A DNA stretch of 51,617 nt from Thermoplasmata archaeon (GCA_030037735.1 JASHQC010000088.1:1-51617), one strand, 5' to 3'. Positions 1 through 10,549 are shown, counted from the first letter of the stretch. A program made the numbers and translations. The notes: generated by a model not told the origin, from the letters alone.

Positions 1-268
1 CGGCGGGCCCCAGGGAACTTGCGGCTTCCTTGGCAAACGCATGGGATTGAATCCTATGACTAGTGTTAAGGACGACCGCGTTCGAAGCGGTATAACTCTC
101 ACACCTCGGACCCGGCGCGAATTCCTGGGGGGAGGCCGCGAGTCGGAGGGATCCTCTCTCGGCCGCGCCGCACCACCACCCAACGAGGTGGGAGCCGTGT
201 TTCGGACTTCGTTCTCTGGAGAAATTCGACGCGCCGACCAAACCGTCCGCGGTCCAATCCCACGGTCC

Positions 269-1690
269 ATGCGTTGGGACACCCCGACTCGTCGTCAACG
301 TTGGAGAACCCGGCGCGGCGGCCGGTGGATGGGACTGTCGTATATCCTCCTACCGGTGGTCCTCCTCCTCCTGGGGGCGCTAAGTTTCGGGCTTGCATCG
401 GCCAAAGGGGCTGGTACCGAAACGCTGACCCTCAATCTGGGCGCCCCGTCGGCTGAGCCGACCGATTTCTGGGGGATGAATATCGCGGACGCCACTTCCG
501 CGGGCTCCAATGTGGGCGCTACCTTGCAGGAGACGCCGACGACGGTACTGGTCTACCCGGCCGGCAACCTCACGGAGCGGACCGACTTCACGACCAACAC
601 CGTCTACGGCCCGCACTCGGCGACTAAGGCCGTCGTGACGATTCAGGACTTCATCTCCGACTGCAAGGCGATCTCCTGCGAAGCGATCCTGGAACTGCCG
701 ATGGAAATTGACAACGTCTCGGTGACGGCGGCCGAGGCAGACTACGTGGTCGCGAAGCTAGACTTCCACCCCGCCTACTTCGCCTACGGCAACGAGCCCT
801 CCACGTGGAAGTGCTACAAGATTTCTTGGAGCACGCTCGCGGCATCCGGTGAGCACGCGTGCGACACCGAAGCGCCCACGCCCTCCGCGTTTGCGAACGA
901 GACCCAGGCAGCTATCTCAGCGGTTTCGACCGATCTGGGCTCCCAAGCGCCGCGCGCGCTCTGTATGAACCAGGGCACGGGCACCGGCTGGCAAAACAAC
1001 ACCCCGTGGCTCGACGCGTTGGAGGCCAACTCCTACGACAACGCCAACTGCGCCGCGTACGCGATGCACGTGAAGGCCGCGCACTCGGGCACCGCGGACC
1101 CGACGCTGGCCAATTTCTACGCGACGTTGACGGGTCCCGAGGGGCTGCCGGCCGACTACCACAACATGAGCGCGCTCACCAACGGGAAGCCGCTGCTCTT
1201 GACCGAGGTCGGTTGGACGACGCCGAACTCGGTCTACGAGCCCGTCTTCAACGGGACATGGGCCGAGAACGTCGTGCAATCCGCGATCGTGGTCGAGGCG
1301 ATGCAGAACGTTGTCCCCGACATGTCCTATTGGGTGTGGAACGAGGGCTACAGCCTCCACAATTACAACCCGTCCTCCATGTGGTCGATCTACACGAACC
1401 TCTTCACGCGACTCGGCTCGGTCTGGTACTCGACCCAGTTCACCGGCCAACGAGACGTGTTCGCGGAGGTCACGAAGAACGGGACCGCCTGGAGCGTGAT
1501 CATCGTCAGCTCCAACATCCAGAGGGGATTCACCATCTCGCTCCAGAAGACGGGGATCCCGATGACGGAGGCCGCTACCGTCTACACGGTCACCTCGACC
1601 GGGACGGCCACCGCGTCCGTCGCGAATCTCTCCAGCGGCGTCGCGCTGCCCCATCAATCCGTGGTCCTGATCACCGTCGGCACCTCGTAA
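269..1690 (+). CDS. Secreted clan GH-A-like glycoside hydrolase (GH79/GH51/GH44-like TIM barrel plus C-terminal beta-sandwich), paralog 1
   Basis: Hydrophobic signal (LSYILLPVVLLLLGALSFGLASA), FWGMN, acid/base motif YFAYGNEP, nucleophile motif LLLTEVGW, C-terminal LPHQSVVLITV. Start is ATG 269 or ATG 329; the ORF-track start at 41 adds a non-globular extension. Confidence 0.7.
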   Translation: MRWDTPTRRQRWRTRRGGRWMGLSYILLPVVLLLLGALSFGLASAKGAGTETLTLNLGAPSAEPTDFWGMNIADATSAGSNVGATLQETPTTVLVYPAGNLTERTDFTTNTVYGPHSATKAVVTIQDFISDCKAISCEAILELPMEIDNVSVTAAEADYVVAKLDFHPAYFAYGNEPSTWKCYKISWSTLAASGEHACDTEAPTPSAFANETQAAISAVSTDLGSQAPRALCMNQGTGTGWQNNTPWLDALEANSYDNANCAAYAMHVKAAHSGTADPTLANFYATLTGPEGLPADYHNMSALTNGKPLLLTEVGWTTPNSVYEPVFNGTWAENVVQSAIVVEAMQNVVPDMSYWVWNEGYSLHNYNPSSMWSIYTNLFTRLGSVWYSTQFTGQRDVFAEVTKNGTAWSVIIVSSNIQRGFTISLQKTGIPMTEAATVYTVTSTGTATASVANLSSGVALPHQSVVLITVGTS

Positions 1691-1834
1691 GCGGCGGAGC
1701 GGACGACTATCCTTTCGCCGAACGAGCCCTTCGTTCCGGTGGGCAGTCTTCGTTTGTCCAGCAAGGCCCCAGGGACGCGCCCCGGGAGGTTCCCCGGCGC
1801 CTCAACTGCGGCCCCAGAGCCGGAAGGGGGAGGC

Positions 1835-4033
1835 TTACCGTGTCGCCCCAGGCGGCGGGCTCTTTGGGTTAGAGGGAGGCCGGGGCACCGTCGCGGGCGG
1901 GGACCGCGGGGGGAGGCCGCGCGGTGACGCCCCCGGGGTCGGGGACGTCTTGGAGGGAGGCGCGGGCGGCTTCCGTCGGACCAACAGGAAGGCCACTGCG
2001 AACGCGACCGCAGCGACGACGGCGATCGCGATGATCCCGTACGGGAAGAGATCCTGAAGCGTGAACCCGGTCGAGGAACAGGAGTGGACGGTGAGGACCA
2101 CCTTGTCGTAGCCGTGCCTCCCGACGCTGTCGGTCACCGTGAAGATCACCTTCGGGAAGGCCACCGTCGGGTACTGCTGCGTGGGGGGGTCTTCGGCGGT
2201 ACTGTTATTCCCGTTGCCGAACGACCAAAAGTACGCGTACGGCGGAGTGCCGCCCGTCACATCCACCGAGAACGTGACCGTGCCCCTGACGCAGATCGTC
2301 TCGGCCGACGGGTTGATCGTCGCGGCGAGCACCGGGTTCAGGGTCACCGGGGAAGGGGAGTATCTGCCCACGATGTAGTAGAAATCCGTCAAGCTCGCCG
2401 ACGGCTGCGCCGTTCCCGGGGCAGCGTACGAATGGGAGACGTTGTAGTACAGGGTCCCGGAGGCGTTCACGTCGGTTGCTTTCCGAGCGGGAGTGCTGGA
2501 CAGGCCGTCGCCGAACGACACGTTCCAGGAGACGACGAGACCGCTGCCGGTCCCGGGCGTCGAGGTTGCATTGAAGGCGACCGGCGTCCCGGCGTCGGTG
2601 GTCGTCGGAGTCACCCGCAGGGTGGGCTCGGGAGGCACCTCGTAGACCCATTCGTTGGCGGCGCAGCCGGGCGAGCAGGAGGGACCGTATCCGCCGATGA
2701 GGATTGGGGCAACCTCCGAACTCTCTTCGGGCATCGCCGGTGAATCCACTGGGCTGTATCCGGCGGGCGCCTGAACTCCCGTGAGATTGGCCGGCAACCA
2801 GGTTCCGTTGGAGAAGAGCCAGGTGTCGTTGAGCTGGCTCTGCGTGACGCTGTCGTAGCCCGCGGTCAGGAGGATCGCCTGGAGCTGGCCGTCCCACGTC
2901 ATGGCGCTTTCCACCCGCCCCGGGGGAGTGTAGCAGGTGGTCCCCGCACAGCCCGCGTCGTCGGAGGTGACGTTGACCCACGCCCCCGCCGGGGTCAGGA
3001 GGAACGTCAGGTTCGAAGTGGCCGCCTCCCCCACGTCATACCCACCGAAAAGGATCAGATCTCCGTCGGTTGCGTCGTACGCGGCAGACGAGCCGTAGAG
3101 TTGAGTGGACGGACCCGGGTCCCCGGGGCCGGGGGCGACCGACCAACCCGTCGCGTTCAGGAGCCAAGTATCGTCATACACCGTAGAACAGCTAAAGTCG
3201 GAGCATCCGTCCACGACCACGAGCGCGTTCAGCGCGGAATCGAACGCCAGGGCACCGCCCGTCCAGCCCGCTCCCCCGCCGGGTTCATCCTCCGGGTTCC
3301 CCAAGGTCGAGGTGATGTTGGTCCACCCCGTACTGTTGAACAGCCAAGTGTCGCTGAGGGAAGGGAGGCTGGGGCTGATGCCTTCGCTCCCTCCGAACAG
3401 CACGACGCCACCGAACATCGGGTCGTAGTCCATCCCTTCCAGGATTCGTGCCGACGGGGCCGACGGGAGGCTGCGCGTGAGGTTGGTCCAACTGAAGCCA
3501 TTGTAGGTCCACGTCTGGTTCGTGGGGCAGGCCTTGGTGCCGAGAAGCGTATAGGTGCAGTCATCGAAGAGGACGAGCTCGGAGAGAAGGGGGTCATAGG
3601 CCATCCGACCGAACTCGTACACGGAAGGCAAGCCCTTGGTGGACTGGGCGGAGAGGTTGGCCGTCACGTTGAACCATTGCGGGGGGGCGTTTCCTGCGTC
3701 CACTCGAAGGGCCGAGCCCGCTCCGATACCGGTCCGCCCGGGGGCCTCGTCGCACATCATTTCTCCGCTGCCGCTCACCTCGCATCCCCCAGGTACCCCT
3801 CCGGAGGGTCCTCCCCCTTGCTCCAAGGAGGCGGCCGCCTGCCGGAGCACCGTCTGCGCGGGGCTCGATTCACCCGGCTCACTTCCAATGGCGTGAGCCG
3901 GGGTAGGGAGGGACCAAGGAAACCGCCCGCCCGCGCCCGCCGGTAGCAGTCCGAGCCCCACCACGAGGAGTACGACCGCCACGCTCCGAATGCCAGTCTG
4001 GCCTCTCTTGCGCGACATCGGGCTATGGGTCAC
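1835..4033 (-). CDS. Membrane-anchored surface protein: signal peptide, six Kelch-like blades, two PKD-like domains, C-terminal TM helix and Pro-rich tail
   Basis: Repeats of the form MAYD...VVLFGG...DTWLF; PKD motifs WNVSFGDG and GGTPPYAYFWSFGNG; TM IIAIAVVAAVAFAVAFLLV followed by RRK. Confidence 0.8.
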   Translation of the reverse strand: MTHSPMSRKRGQTGIRSVAVVLLVVGLGLLPAGAGGRFPWSLPTPAHAIGSEPGESSPAQTVLRQAAASLEQGGGPSGGVPGGCEVSGSGEMMCDEAPGRTGIGAGSALRVDAGNAPPQWFNVTANLSAQSTKGLPSVYEFGRMAYDPLLSELVLFDDCTYTLLGTKACPTNQTWTYNGFSWTNLTRSLPSAPSARILEGMDYDPMFGGVVLFGGSEGISPSLPSLSDTWLFNSTGWTNITSTLGNPEDEPGGGAGWTGGALAFDSALNALVVVDGCSDFSCSTVYDDTWLLNATGWSVAPGPGDPGPSTQLYGSSAAYDATDGDLILFGGYDVGEAATSNLTFLLTPAGAWVNVTSDDAGCAGTTCYTPPGRVESAMTWDGQLQAILLTAGYDSVTQSQLNDTWLFSNGTWLPANLTGVQAPAGYSPVDSPAMPEESSEVAPILIGGYGPSCSPGCAANEWVYEVPPEPTLRVTPTTTDAGTPVAFNATSTPGTGSGLVVSWNVSFGDGLSSTPARKATDVNASGTLYYNVSHSYAAPGTAQPSASLTDFYYIVGRYSPSPVTLNPVLAATINPSAETICVRGTVTFSVDVTGGTPPYAYFWSFGNGNNSTAEDPPTQQYPTVAFPKVIFTVTDSVGRHGYDKVVLTVHSCSSTGFTLQDLFPYGIIAIAVVAAVAFAVAFLLVRRKPPAPPSKTSPTPGASPRGLPPRSPPATVPRPPSNPKSPPPGATR

Positions 4034-4365
4034 TACTCCCGAGTTTCATATCCGGCCGTACATTACCTCTGATGGCATTGCCACCCATAGCACCGTCGAA
4101 CGGAGCAACTTCCGCCACGGTCCCGGACCGCAGGGACCGGCACGAGGCTCCTCCGCGCCTCACCGCGCCGCCGGATCCGAGCACGAAGCCGGGTGCTCGG
4201 CCTCCTGCGCCGCTCCGGAGCGCGATAAAGCGTGCCGGGGCACCTGGGCCGGCCAGGCGGAATCACGTGGCTCCCCGCACGGGGCAATCCGGGGATGATT
4301 CCTGCGCCCTAGGGGATGCGCAGGAGGTCTCTCGGGCCGAGGATTTGGCCGTCGGACGGCCTCCG

Positions 4366-7300
4366 CTACGTCCCGAGTTTGTACTCCCAGAACTGGCGGG
4401 AGATCCCACCCGCATTGATGCCTCCGAATATCAGCGGTGCCCCGTTATCGATGTCGTTCGAAACCGCCGCGTAGGCGACCTTCACGAGCCCCGGCGTGTG
4501 GTTCTGTAGTTCCGTCCAGATGCCTCCCCAGAAGGCCCAAGTATCATTGAAGTACGCCGTGCCGTTGGTGCCGGCGACCAGGAGGACCACCTGGGGCTGG
4601 AGCACCACGTCGTTGACCGGCCACGGGCAGTCGACGATCCCCGCACCGTAGCGAGGCGACGGATGGCCGGTGGGGTGAAGCTGAACCCACGCTTTCCCCG
4701 TGAACTCCCACGTGTCGCCGAGCGCCCCGGAGGCTCCCTTGCCGCCGAAGAGGACGACGTAGCCGTTATCCGCGCCGCACGCGCTCGTACCCGCCGTACA
4801 ATTTCCGGCCGAGGCGTACACCATTGCGACGCTGGCCCGCGGGGACGGCGAGACGGGGAGTGATGCGGTGATGTTCGTCCACTGCCCGGCCGTACAATTT
4901 GCCGTTGTACATTTGAACACCCACGTGTCCCCGAGGTACCCGTGGGAGTTCTGGCCCCCGAACAACACGATTTCATTAGTGGCCACATCGTAGGTCATCG
5001 ACTCGTTTGCCCGGGGGGATGGCGCCCTCGTCGGGTACAGCTCTTTCCACTGTCCGTGCCCCGGGCTCCCAAGCCACTCCCAGGTGTCCCCGAGGTAACC
5101 AATTGTCCCATTGGGCTCCAGACCCCACCCGCCGAACATCACGGTCAGGTTGTACGCCGGGACCGTAGTTTTCCACTCGAGCAGCGATTTGCTGGGCAGG
5201 AGCCCGAAGTAGGCCGCCGCGCCGAAGGCGCGGGGCGATGGGTTCTCGGGAGAGTTTGCCTCGCCCCACACCTTGGGATCCCACAGCCACGTATCGTCGA
5301 GAAGGCCTACCTTGCCGCTCGGCGTGACCCCGATGCCGCCGAACACGAGGACGTCTTCACTTCGGCCATCGTAGGTGACGATGGAGCCATACCGCGCCGA
5401 CGGCTCGAGGGGTGGGGACCAAGGGTTCCAGATCTTCGACTGATAGTCCCACCGGTCGGTGAGGAGCAGTCCGGTCGACGACTTACCGTCCACGATCAGG
5501 ACCACGTTAGACGGGGCATTCGGGTCGTCGATCGTCGCGGCGAGGAACCGGGGAACGGGGGATCCCGGGATCGCGGTTTCACGGGACGTCGCGCTGATGA
5601 CGCTCCATTGGGTTCCGAACTGCCACGCAGCGCCGAGCGTGTCGGCGCCGGGGCAACTCGGGTCCATCGGGTCGAAGGACGGAGCGGCACAGCCTCCGAA
5701 GAGGAAGACGTCGTTGCTCTTATTGTCGGGAATCATCGACATCCCCCATTCTGGAGGGGGGGCCGCGTTCCCGGTGTCGATCTGGATCCACATGCCGTCC
5801 ACGAGCTTCCAGGTGTCGTCGAGCGCTGCGCCGCCCGTCGTCCCACCGAAGAGCACCGCATAGCCGGCAACGCTGTCCCACGCGAGACCGCCGAACGCTC
5901 GGGCCGTCGGGACCGGCGTCCCCCAGACGTCGGTGACTGGCGTCCAGCGCCCGCCTTGGAACTCCCAGGTGTCCGAGAAATACGCGGTCCCGTTCGTCCC
6001 GCCAAACAGGATCAGGGACCCACTCGCGTTGTCGTACGTCATCGTCGCTCCGTAGCGGGGCGAGGGGGCGGTCTTGAGGGAGAGCTCGGTCCAGTTCCCG
6101 TGCTGGAACGTCCAGGTGTCTCCGAGCGCGGCCCCGGTGGCGCTCATCCCACCGAACATCACGACATACCCGTCGGCCACGTCGTATGCCATCGCCATGT
6201 ACGAGCGGGGCGATGGCGAGAGCGTCGGGAAAATCTCCGACCAAGCCCCCGTCGGGTACGTGAGGAAGACCCACGTCTCCCCGTTGGGACCGTATCCCGT
6301 AGAGCCCCCGAACGCGACGGCGTAGCCCTCGTGGGGGGTCTTTCCCGCGCTATAGTACTTGCCCGTCGGGTCCCACGCGAAGCCGGCGCCGACGCGTCCC
6401 GGTAGCTGCGCCCAGTCCCACTCCGATTCCGATTGGACCTGGTCCCATCCGCCAGTGGAATTTTGAGTGGGCGGTATGAACGTCCAGGTGTCCGCCGCGC
6501 CGAAGCTCTGGATTCCCACGGAACCGGGCGGGTCTCCGTCGACCATGCCGCCGAAGAGGGCCACCGTGTGGTTCGCCGCGTCGTACGTCATTCCGAACGA
6601 CTGGCGGGCCGCCGGCGCCCCGTACGGGAGATACTTGAGGCCCGGAGTCTGGACCCCGGGCTGAGGGACGATTTGCTTCCAGGTACCGTTGGCGTAGCTC
6701 CAGGTGTCTCCGTACGCCGTGCACGACGCGCCGGCACAGCTCGCACCCCCGAAGAGCAACGTCGCATTCACGCCCGTGGCGTTGTCGTACGCCAATCCCG
6801 CCTCGAAGCGCGCGGGAGGCGACTTCGAGGGGGAAAGTTGAGTCCACTGCCCGTCGGCGAACTCCCAAGTGTCACCCAGGTACTTCGATCCCGTGAACCC
6901 TCCGAAGAGGAGGATGTACTCATTCGCGGCGTCGAACGTCGAGACGCTCCCCCAGCGACTACTGGGGGAGGTCGAGGGAGAGATCTGGGTCCATTCCCCC
7001 CGCGCGAACGTCCAGGTGTCTCCCAGCGCGGCGCCAGATGCGCTCATCCCGCCGAAGAGGACGAGTTGGCCGGTCGTGTTATCGTAACTCATCGTGGCGT
7101 CCTCCCGCGCGGAGGGGCTAGTCGCAGGGCTCAGCTGGTGCCATTCCCCTCTCGCGAAGGCCCAGGTGTCTCCGAGGACGTGGCCATCGTACCCCCCGAA
7201 GAGGACCAGGTAGCCTTCGGCGGCGTCGAACGCCATCGTCGCGTTGTCGCGCGGTGAAGGGCTCTCGGTGGGCGTAAGATCGACCCACATGTTGTGCCAG

Positions 7301-7803
7301 AACTCCCACGTGTCGCCGAGGTAGGACGTCCCGTTAGACCCGCCGAACAGAATGACAGACTGGTTGGCGGCGTCGTAAGCCATCACGGGCCCCACGCGCG
7401 GGCCAGGGCTCATCACGGACTCCCACTTGAGGTAGGACGCGCAAGAGCCATTCACGACGGCCGGCGCGTCGGAGCACTGCGGGGACGACCCGGCCGCGGG
7501 ACCCTGCCCGTCCGCGAGCGAAGCTTGGGCCTGGGCGAGCTGAGCCGCCCCAGTAACGTTCCCGGAAGGTACCACCGGGGACTGGGCCACCGTGCCCATC
7601 GACTGGAAGGTGGCGTACGTCGAGTTCGTGAGGCCAGACAGCAATAGGATACCGAGGACCCCGACGACCCCGGCGATGACCGTTCCGCTGCCTCGGCCTC
7701 TCCGGTAGGGGGACGCCCCCGTGAGTCGCCATCGCCGATCCGCTCTCCGGGGATCAAGCCCGCGACCGCAAGGGCTCGAAGAATCGGCTATCGACGTCGT
7801 CAT
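4366..7803 (-). CDS. Large secreted Kelch-like beta-propeller protein, 18 repeats (probably three six-bladed propellers)
   Basis: 18 units of PSPR..MAYD..VVLFGG..LGDTWxF..W counted by eye; N-terminal hydrophobic segment. Start moved to ATG 7803, supported by a TTTATA box about 32 nt upstream. Confidence 0.85.
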   Translation of the reverse strand: MTTSIADSSSPCGRGLDPRRADRRWRLTGASPYRRGRGSGTVIAGVVGVLGILLLSGLTNSTYATFQSMGTVAQSPVVPSGNVTGAAQLAQAQASLADGQGPAAGSSPQCSDAPAVVNGSCASYLKWESVMSPGPRVGPVMAYDAANQSVILFGGSNGTSYLGDTWEFWHNMWVDLTPTESPSPRDNATMAFDAAEGYLVLFGGYDGHVLGDTWAFARGEWHQLSPATSPSAREDATMSYDNTTGQLVLFGGMSASGAALGDTWTFARGEWTQISPSTSPSSRWGSVSTFDAANEYILLFGGFTGSKYLGDTWEFADGQWTQLSPSKSPPARFEAGLAYDNATGVNATLLFGGASCAGASCTAYGDTWSYANGTWKQIVPQPGVQTPGLKYLPYGAPAARQSFGMTYDAANHTVALFGGMVDGDPPGSVGIQSFGAADTWTFIPPTQNSTGGWDQVQSESEWDWAQLPGRVGAGFAWDPTGKYYSAGKTPHEGYAVAFGGSTGYGPNGETWVFLTYPTGAWSEIFPTLSPSPRSYMAMAYDVADGYVVMFGGMSATGAALGDTWTFQHGNWTELSLKTAPSPRYGATMTYDNASGSLILFGGTNGTAYFSDTWEFQGGRWTPVTDVWGTPVPTARAFGGLAWDSVAGYAVLFGGTTGGAALDDTWKLVDGMWIQIDTGNAAPPPEWGMSMIPDNKSNDVFLFGGCAAPSFDPMDPSCPGADTLGAAWQFGTQWSVISATSRETAIPGSPVPRFLAATIDDPNAPSNVVLIVDGKSSTGLLLTDRWDYQSKIWNPWSPPLEPSARYGSIVTYDGRSEDVLVFGGIGVTPSGKVGLLDDTWLWDPKVWGEANSPENPSPRAFGAAAYFGLLPSKSLLEWKTTVPAYNLTVMFGGWGLEPNGTIGYLGDTWEWLGSPGHGQWKELYPTRAPSPRANESMTYDVATNEIVLFGGQNSHGYLGDTWVFKCTTANCTAGQWTNITASLPVSPSPRASVAMVYASAGNCTAGTSACGADNGYVVLFGGKGASGALGDTWEFTGKAWVQLHPTGHPSPRYGAGIVDCPWPVNDVVLQPQVVLLVAGTNGTAYFNDTWAFWGGIWTELQNHTPGLVKVAYAAVSNDIDNGAPLIFGGINAGGISRQFWEYKLGT

Positions 7804-7834
7804 TCGCCCGGGAGCACCCCGAACAGACTTACAG

Positions 7835-7840
7835 TATAAA
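7835..7840 (-). promoter_or_regulatory. Archaeal TATA box for the Kelch-repeat gene
   Basis: TTTATA on the minus strand within an AT-rich patch, about 32 nt before ATG 7803. Confidence 0.55.
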
Positions 7841-8059
7841 TACGCATCGTAAAACTCGAGACGCACCCCAGCTCTGGCTCCCGGCGTGCGTGCCCCGGAT
7901 CGACCGGAGCGCGCGGTGACTCCCTCGAACAAGGGGCAGTACGAGAGCAAGCGGACCGACGGAGAAAGGGGTCAAGACCTTGGTGTGCCACCGCCCGCCC
8001 TTCTCGCGCTCCACCGTTCAGCGATAGTGAAGGGCAGGGTCCCTTCCTCGCGGCCAACT

Positions 8060-9019
8060 CTACCCCCCGGGGGCCATAGCGTCGGCGCTGGTCTGCCACG
8101 CCCATTGGCGGCGCAGACCGTCCGCAAGGGAAACTCGGGGTTGAAAATGCAAGAGCTCCCGGGCTCGGCGGGTGTCCGCCCAGGTCGCTCGCGGGTCTCC
8201 TGGCGGGGCCTCGCCGGATTGGGTCTCAACGGGGTGCCCGGCTAACTCACCTAGGATCCGGAGCACTTCGCTCAGCCCGGCGGGCGTACCCCCTCCCAGA
8301 TTGATGGCCCCGTCGGCCTTTTCGGTCTGGCCCGCGGCAAGTACTCCGTCGACGATGTCGTCGACGAAGGTGAAGTCTCGTGTCTGGCGCCCGTCCCCGT
8401 ACAACGTGATCGCCTTTCCCAAGCGGACCGCTTCGATGAACCGATGGAAAGCCATGTCTGGACGCTGGCCGGGCCCATACACCGTGAAGAACCGAAGGGA
8501 CGCGGCCGAGAGATCATGCGCACGGGCGTAGAGCCCGACGAGATGCTCTCCCGCAAGCTTCGTCACGCCATAGGGTGAGATCGGGTTCGGAGTGGCGGTC
8601 TCGGGGGTGGGACCGGCCGGCTGCTCTCCGTAGATCGATGAGGAACTCGCGTAGACGAACCGGGTGGGTCGCACGCGCACGGATGCCTCAAGCAGACGCT
8701 GGGTGACCAAGACGTTGTTGCGCAGGTACCGCTCGAAGTGGGCTCCCCAACTGCCCCGGACTCCTGGCTGGGCGGCGAGGTGGAAGATTCGGCAGCCCGG
8801 CTCCCACACGGTCGACGGGTCAAATCCCAGCAGATCTCGTTCTACGAGCCGAAAGTTCGGGTTTCGGCGGACCTCGGTTAGATTCCTCTCCTTCGCGGCC
8901 CGGGCGTAATAATCGTCAAAGGAATCTATCCCGACGACGGACTGCCCCTCTGCCAGCAGGCGTCTGACGAGGCGACTCCCGATGAACCCCGCCGCCCCCG
9001 TCACGACATCCGCTGGCAC
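8060..9019 (-). CDS. NAD-dependent NDP-sugar epimerase, UDP-glucuronate 4-epimerase-like
   Basis: VTGAAGFIG, HLAAQPGVR, SSSSIYG, YGVTK, RFFTVYGPGQRPDMA. Start moved to GTG 9019, with a TTAAG box about 25 nt upstream. Confidence 0.85.
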   Translation of the reverse strand: MPADVVTGAAGFIGSRLVRRLLAEGQSVVGIDSFDDYYARAAKERNLTEVRRNPNFRLVERDLLGFDPSTVWEPGCRIFHLAAQPGVRGSWGAHFERYLRNNVLVTQRLLEASVRVRPTRFVYASSSSIYGEQPAGPTPETATPNPISPYGVTKLAGEHLVGLYARAHDLSAASLRFFTVYGPGQRPDMAFHRFIEAVRLGKAITLYGDGRQTRDFTFVDDIVDGVLAAGQTEKADGAINLGGGTPAGLSEVLRILGELAGHPVETQSGEAPPGDPRATWADTRRARELLHFQPRVSLADGLRRQWAWQTSADAMAPGG

Positions 9020-9201
9020 GCTGGGCGCGGAAGAGCGGTGGTTCTTAAGCCCCATCGGTCCCGGTCCGGACCCACCTGAAACGTCACTTTCCGGAGGAAG
9101 GCTCCTCCTCTCAGTCACGGGGGCGAAGGAGCCAAATGCGGGATGGGGCTCGGCGCGGCCTTCGGGATTCGACGTTCGGGCGGAGGCAAGTACACAATCG
9201 G

Positions 9202-10302
9202 ATGCGGGTGCTGTTCGCCATCGCGCACTTGGACAAGGGGGGAGGGCAGGTGGTCCAAGCCCTCCAGCTGTTTCGAGCGTTGCGCCAGAAGGTCGACGGT
9301 CATCTCCTCTGCCTGTCGGCTCGCGGGGACGGGCCGTCGATCGATCCCGAGGAAGGGATCGAGGTCATCGGCCCGCTGACCTTCCCGGGCGGCATCTTCC
9401 GGCTGCGGCGGGCAATTCAGGATCAGATGCGGTCGTACGACCTCGTCCAAGCCTACGACTTCTACTACGCACTCCCCGCGGCGCGTCTCGCCCGAGCCCA
9501 CCCGATCATCGTTCGGGTCGGCGCCCATCCGGTCGACGACCTTGGAAGCCGGTATCGGTGGGCCGGTCGAGCCTGGATGAGACTCACGAACCCCTGGGTG
9601 TACTCCGACACAACGGTCGTCGTCAACGCGGAGCACCTCGTATCCACATTTCCCCGGGGGAAAGCCGTCTTCATCCCGAACGGGGTGGACACCCTCCGTT
9701 TTGCGGCCTCCCCGCGTATCGATGTCGCGAGGACCGAGCTGGGTCTGCCACTCGGTGTGCCTCTCCTCACGTTCACCGGTAAGATCCTCCCCCGGAAGAA
9801 CCTCGAAGACGTCTTCGGGCTACTCCGAGCCGAGCCGACGTACCACCTCCTCCTGGTCGGAACCACGTCGGAGCCGTACTATGGGGACCGATACTACCGA
9901 CGGTTGTGCGCCGAATTTCCCGATGTGCTTCCGCGGGTACACAGCGTCGGCGAAGTCCCAATGGAGAAGATTCCGAAGTTCCTCGAGGCGACGGACGTGT
10001 TCGTCTTTCCTTCCCGGCTTGAGGGGATGCCGAACTCCGTGCTCGAGGCGATGGCCGCCGGGTTGCCGGTCGTGGCCACCGACATCCCGGCGCATCAACA
10101 GGTCTTAACTCCGGAAACGGGCGTCCTCTATCGCACGCCGGACGAGCTGCGCCAGGCCGTGGCGCGATTGGTCGCCGACGGCTCGCTACGTCGTGCGATC
10201 GGTGAACGCGCGCGGACCCTCGTCGAGCAGCATTTCAGTCTCGATTCGGCGGCCCGAGCGTACTTTGCACTCTACGAACACACGATCGCCGCCGGGAAAT
10301 AG
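9202..10302 (+). CDS. Glycosyltransferase family 4
   Basis: KGGGQ near the N-terminus, IPNGVD, FVFPSRLEGMPNSVLEAMAAGLPVV. Start at ATG 9202 (MRVLF). Confidence 0.9.
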   Translation: MRVLFAIAHLDKGGGQVVQALQLFRALRQKVDGHLLCLSARGDGPSIDPEEGIEVIGPLTFPGGIFRLRRAIQDQMRSYDLVQAYDFYYALPAARLARAHPIIVRVGAHPVDDLGSRYRWAGRAWMRLTNPWVYSDTTVVVNAEHLVSTFPRGKAVFIPNGVDTLRFAASPRIDVARTELGLPLGVPLLTFTGKILPRKNLEDVFGLLRAEPTYHLLLVGTTSEPYYGDRYYRRLCAEFPDVLPRVHSVGEVPMEKIPKFLEATDVFVFPSRLEGMPNSVLEAMAAGLPVVATDIPAHQQVLTPETGVLYRTPDELRQAVARLVADGSLRRAIGERARTLVEQHFSLDSAARAYFALYEHTIAAGK

Positions 10303-10549
10303 GCAGACGGAAGGCTCCGGCCTCACGGGGCTGACTTGCGTCAGGTGGGGGCCGGACCACCCCACGCCGCCGTCCCGCCCGCCGAGGGCCTTTAGGGCGT
10401 GCTCACCAATCCAGCCGATGGTCCGACGGACCCCAACGCCCCGGGAAGGCCTCCTTGCCGCAGCCAAAAGGCTTAGAACCGCCCCAAGGCAGTGATATGC
10501 CTACGGCGGGGCGAGAGTCCATGCTCCATCAACAGTCGGAGGGCCCGCG

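Noticed and set aside
4177-4325. Two 8-bp GC hairpins (4177..4200 and 4300..4325) in the spacer between the propeller genes
   Set aside because: Expected by chance in GC-rich DNA; no U-tract and no recognisable ncRNA motif.
4942-6405. Long antisense or alternate-frame ORFs (this one, and 14917..16341, 19444..20643, 45023..46294 and others)
   Set aside because: Shadow ORFs caused by GC3 bias and stop-codon scarcity; no motifs, and each overlaps a well-supported gene.
4500-7350. Regularly spaced DNA repeats such as CCAGGTGTC/CCACGTGTC resembling an array
   Set aside because: They encode the DTW motif of the Kelch blades; not CRISPR and not non-coding.
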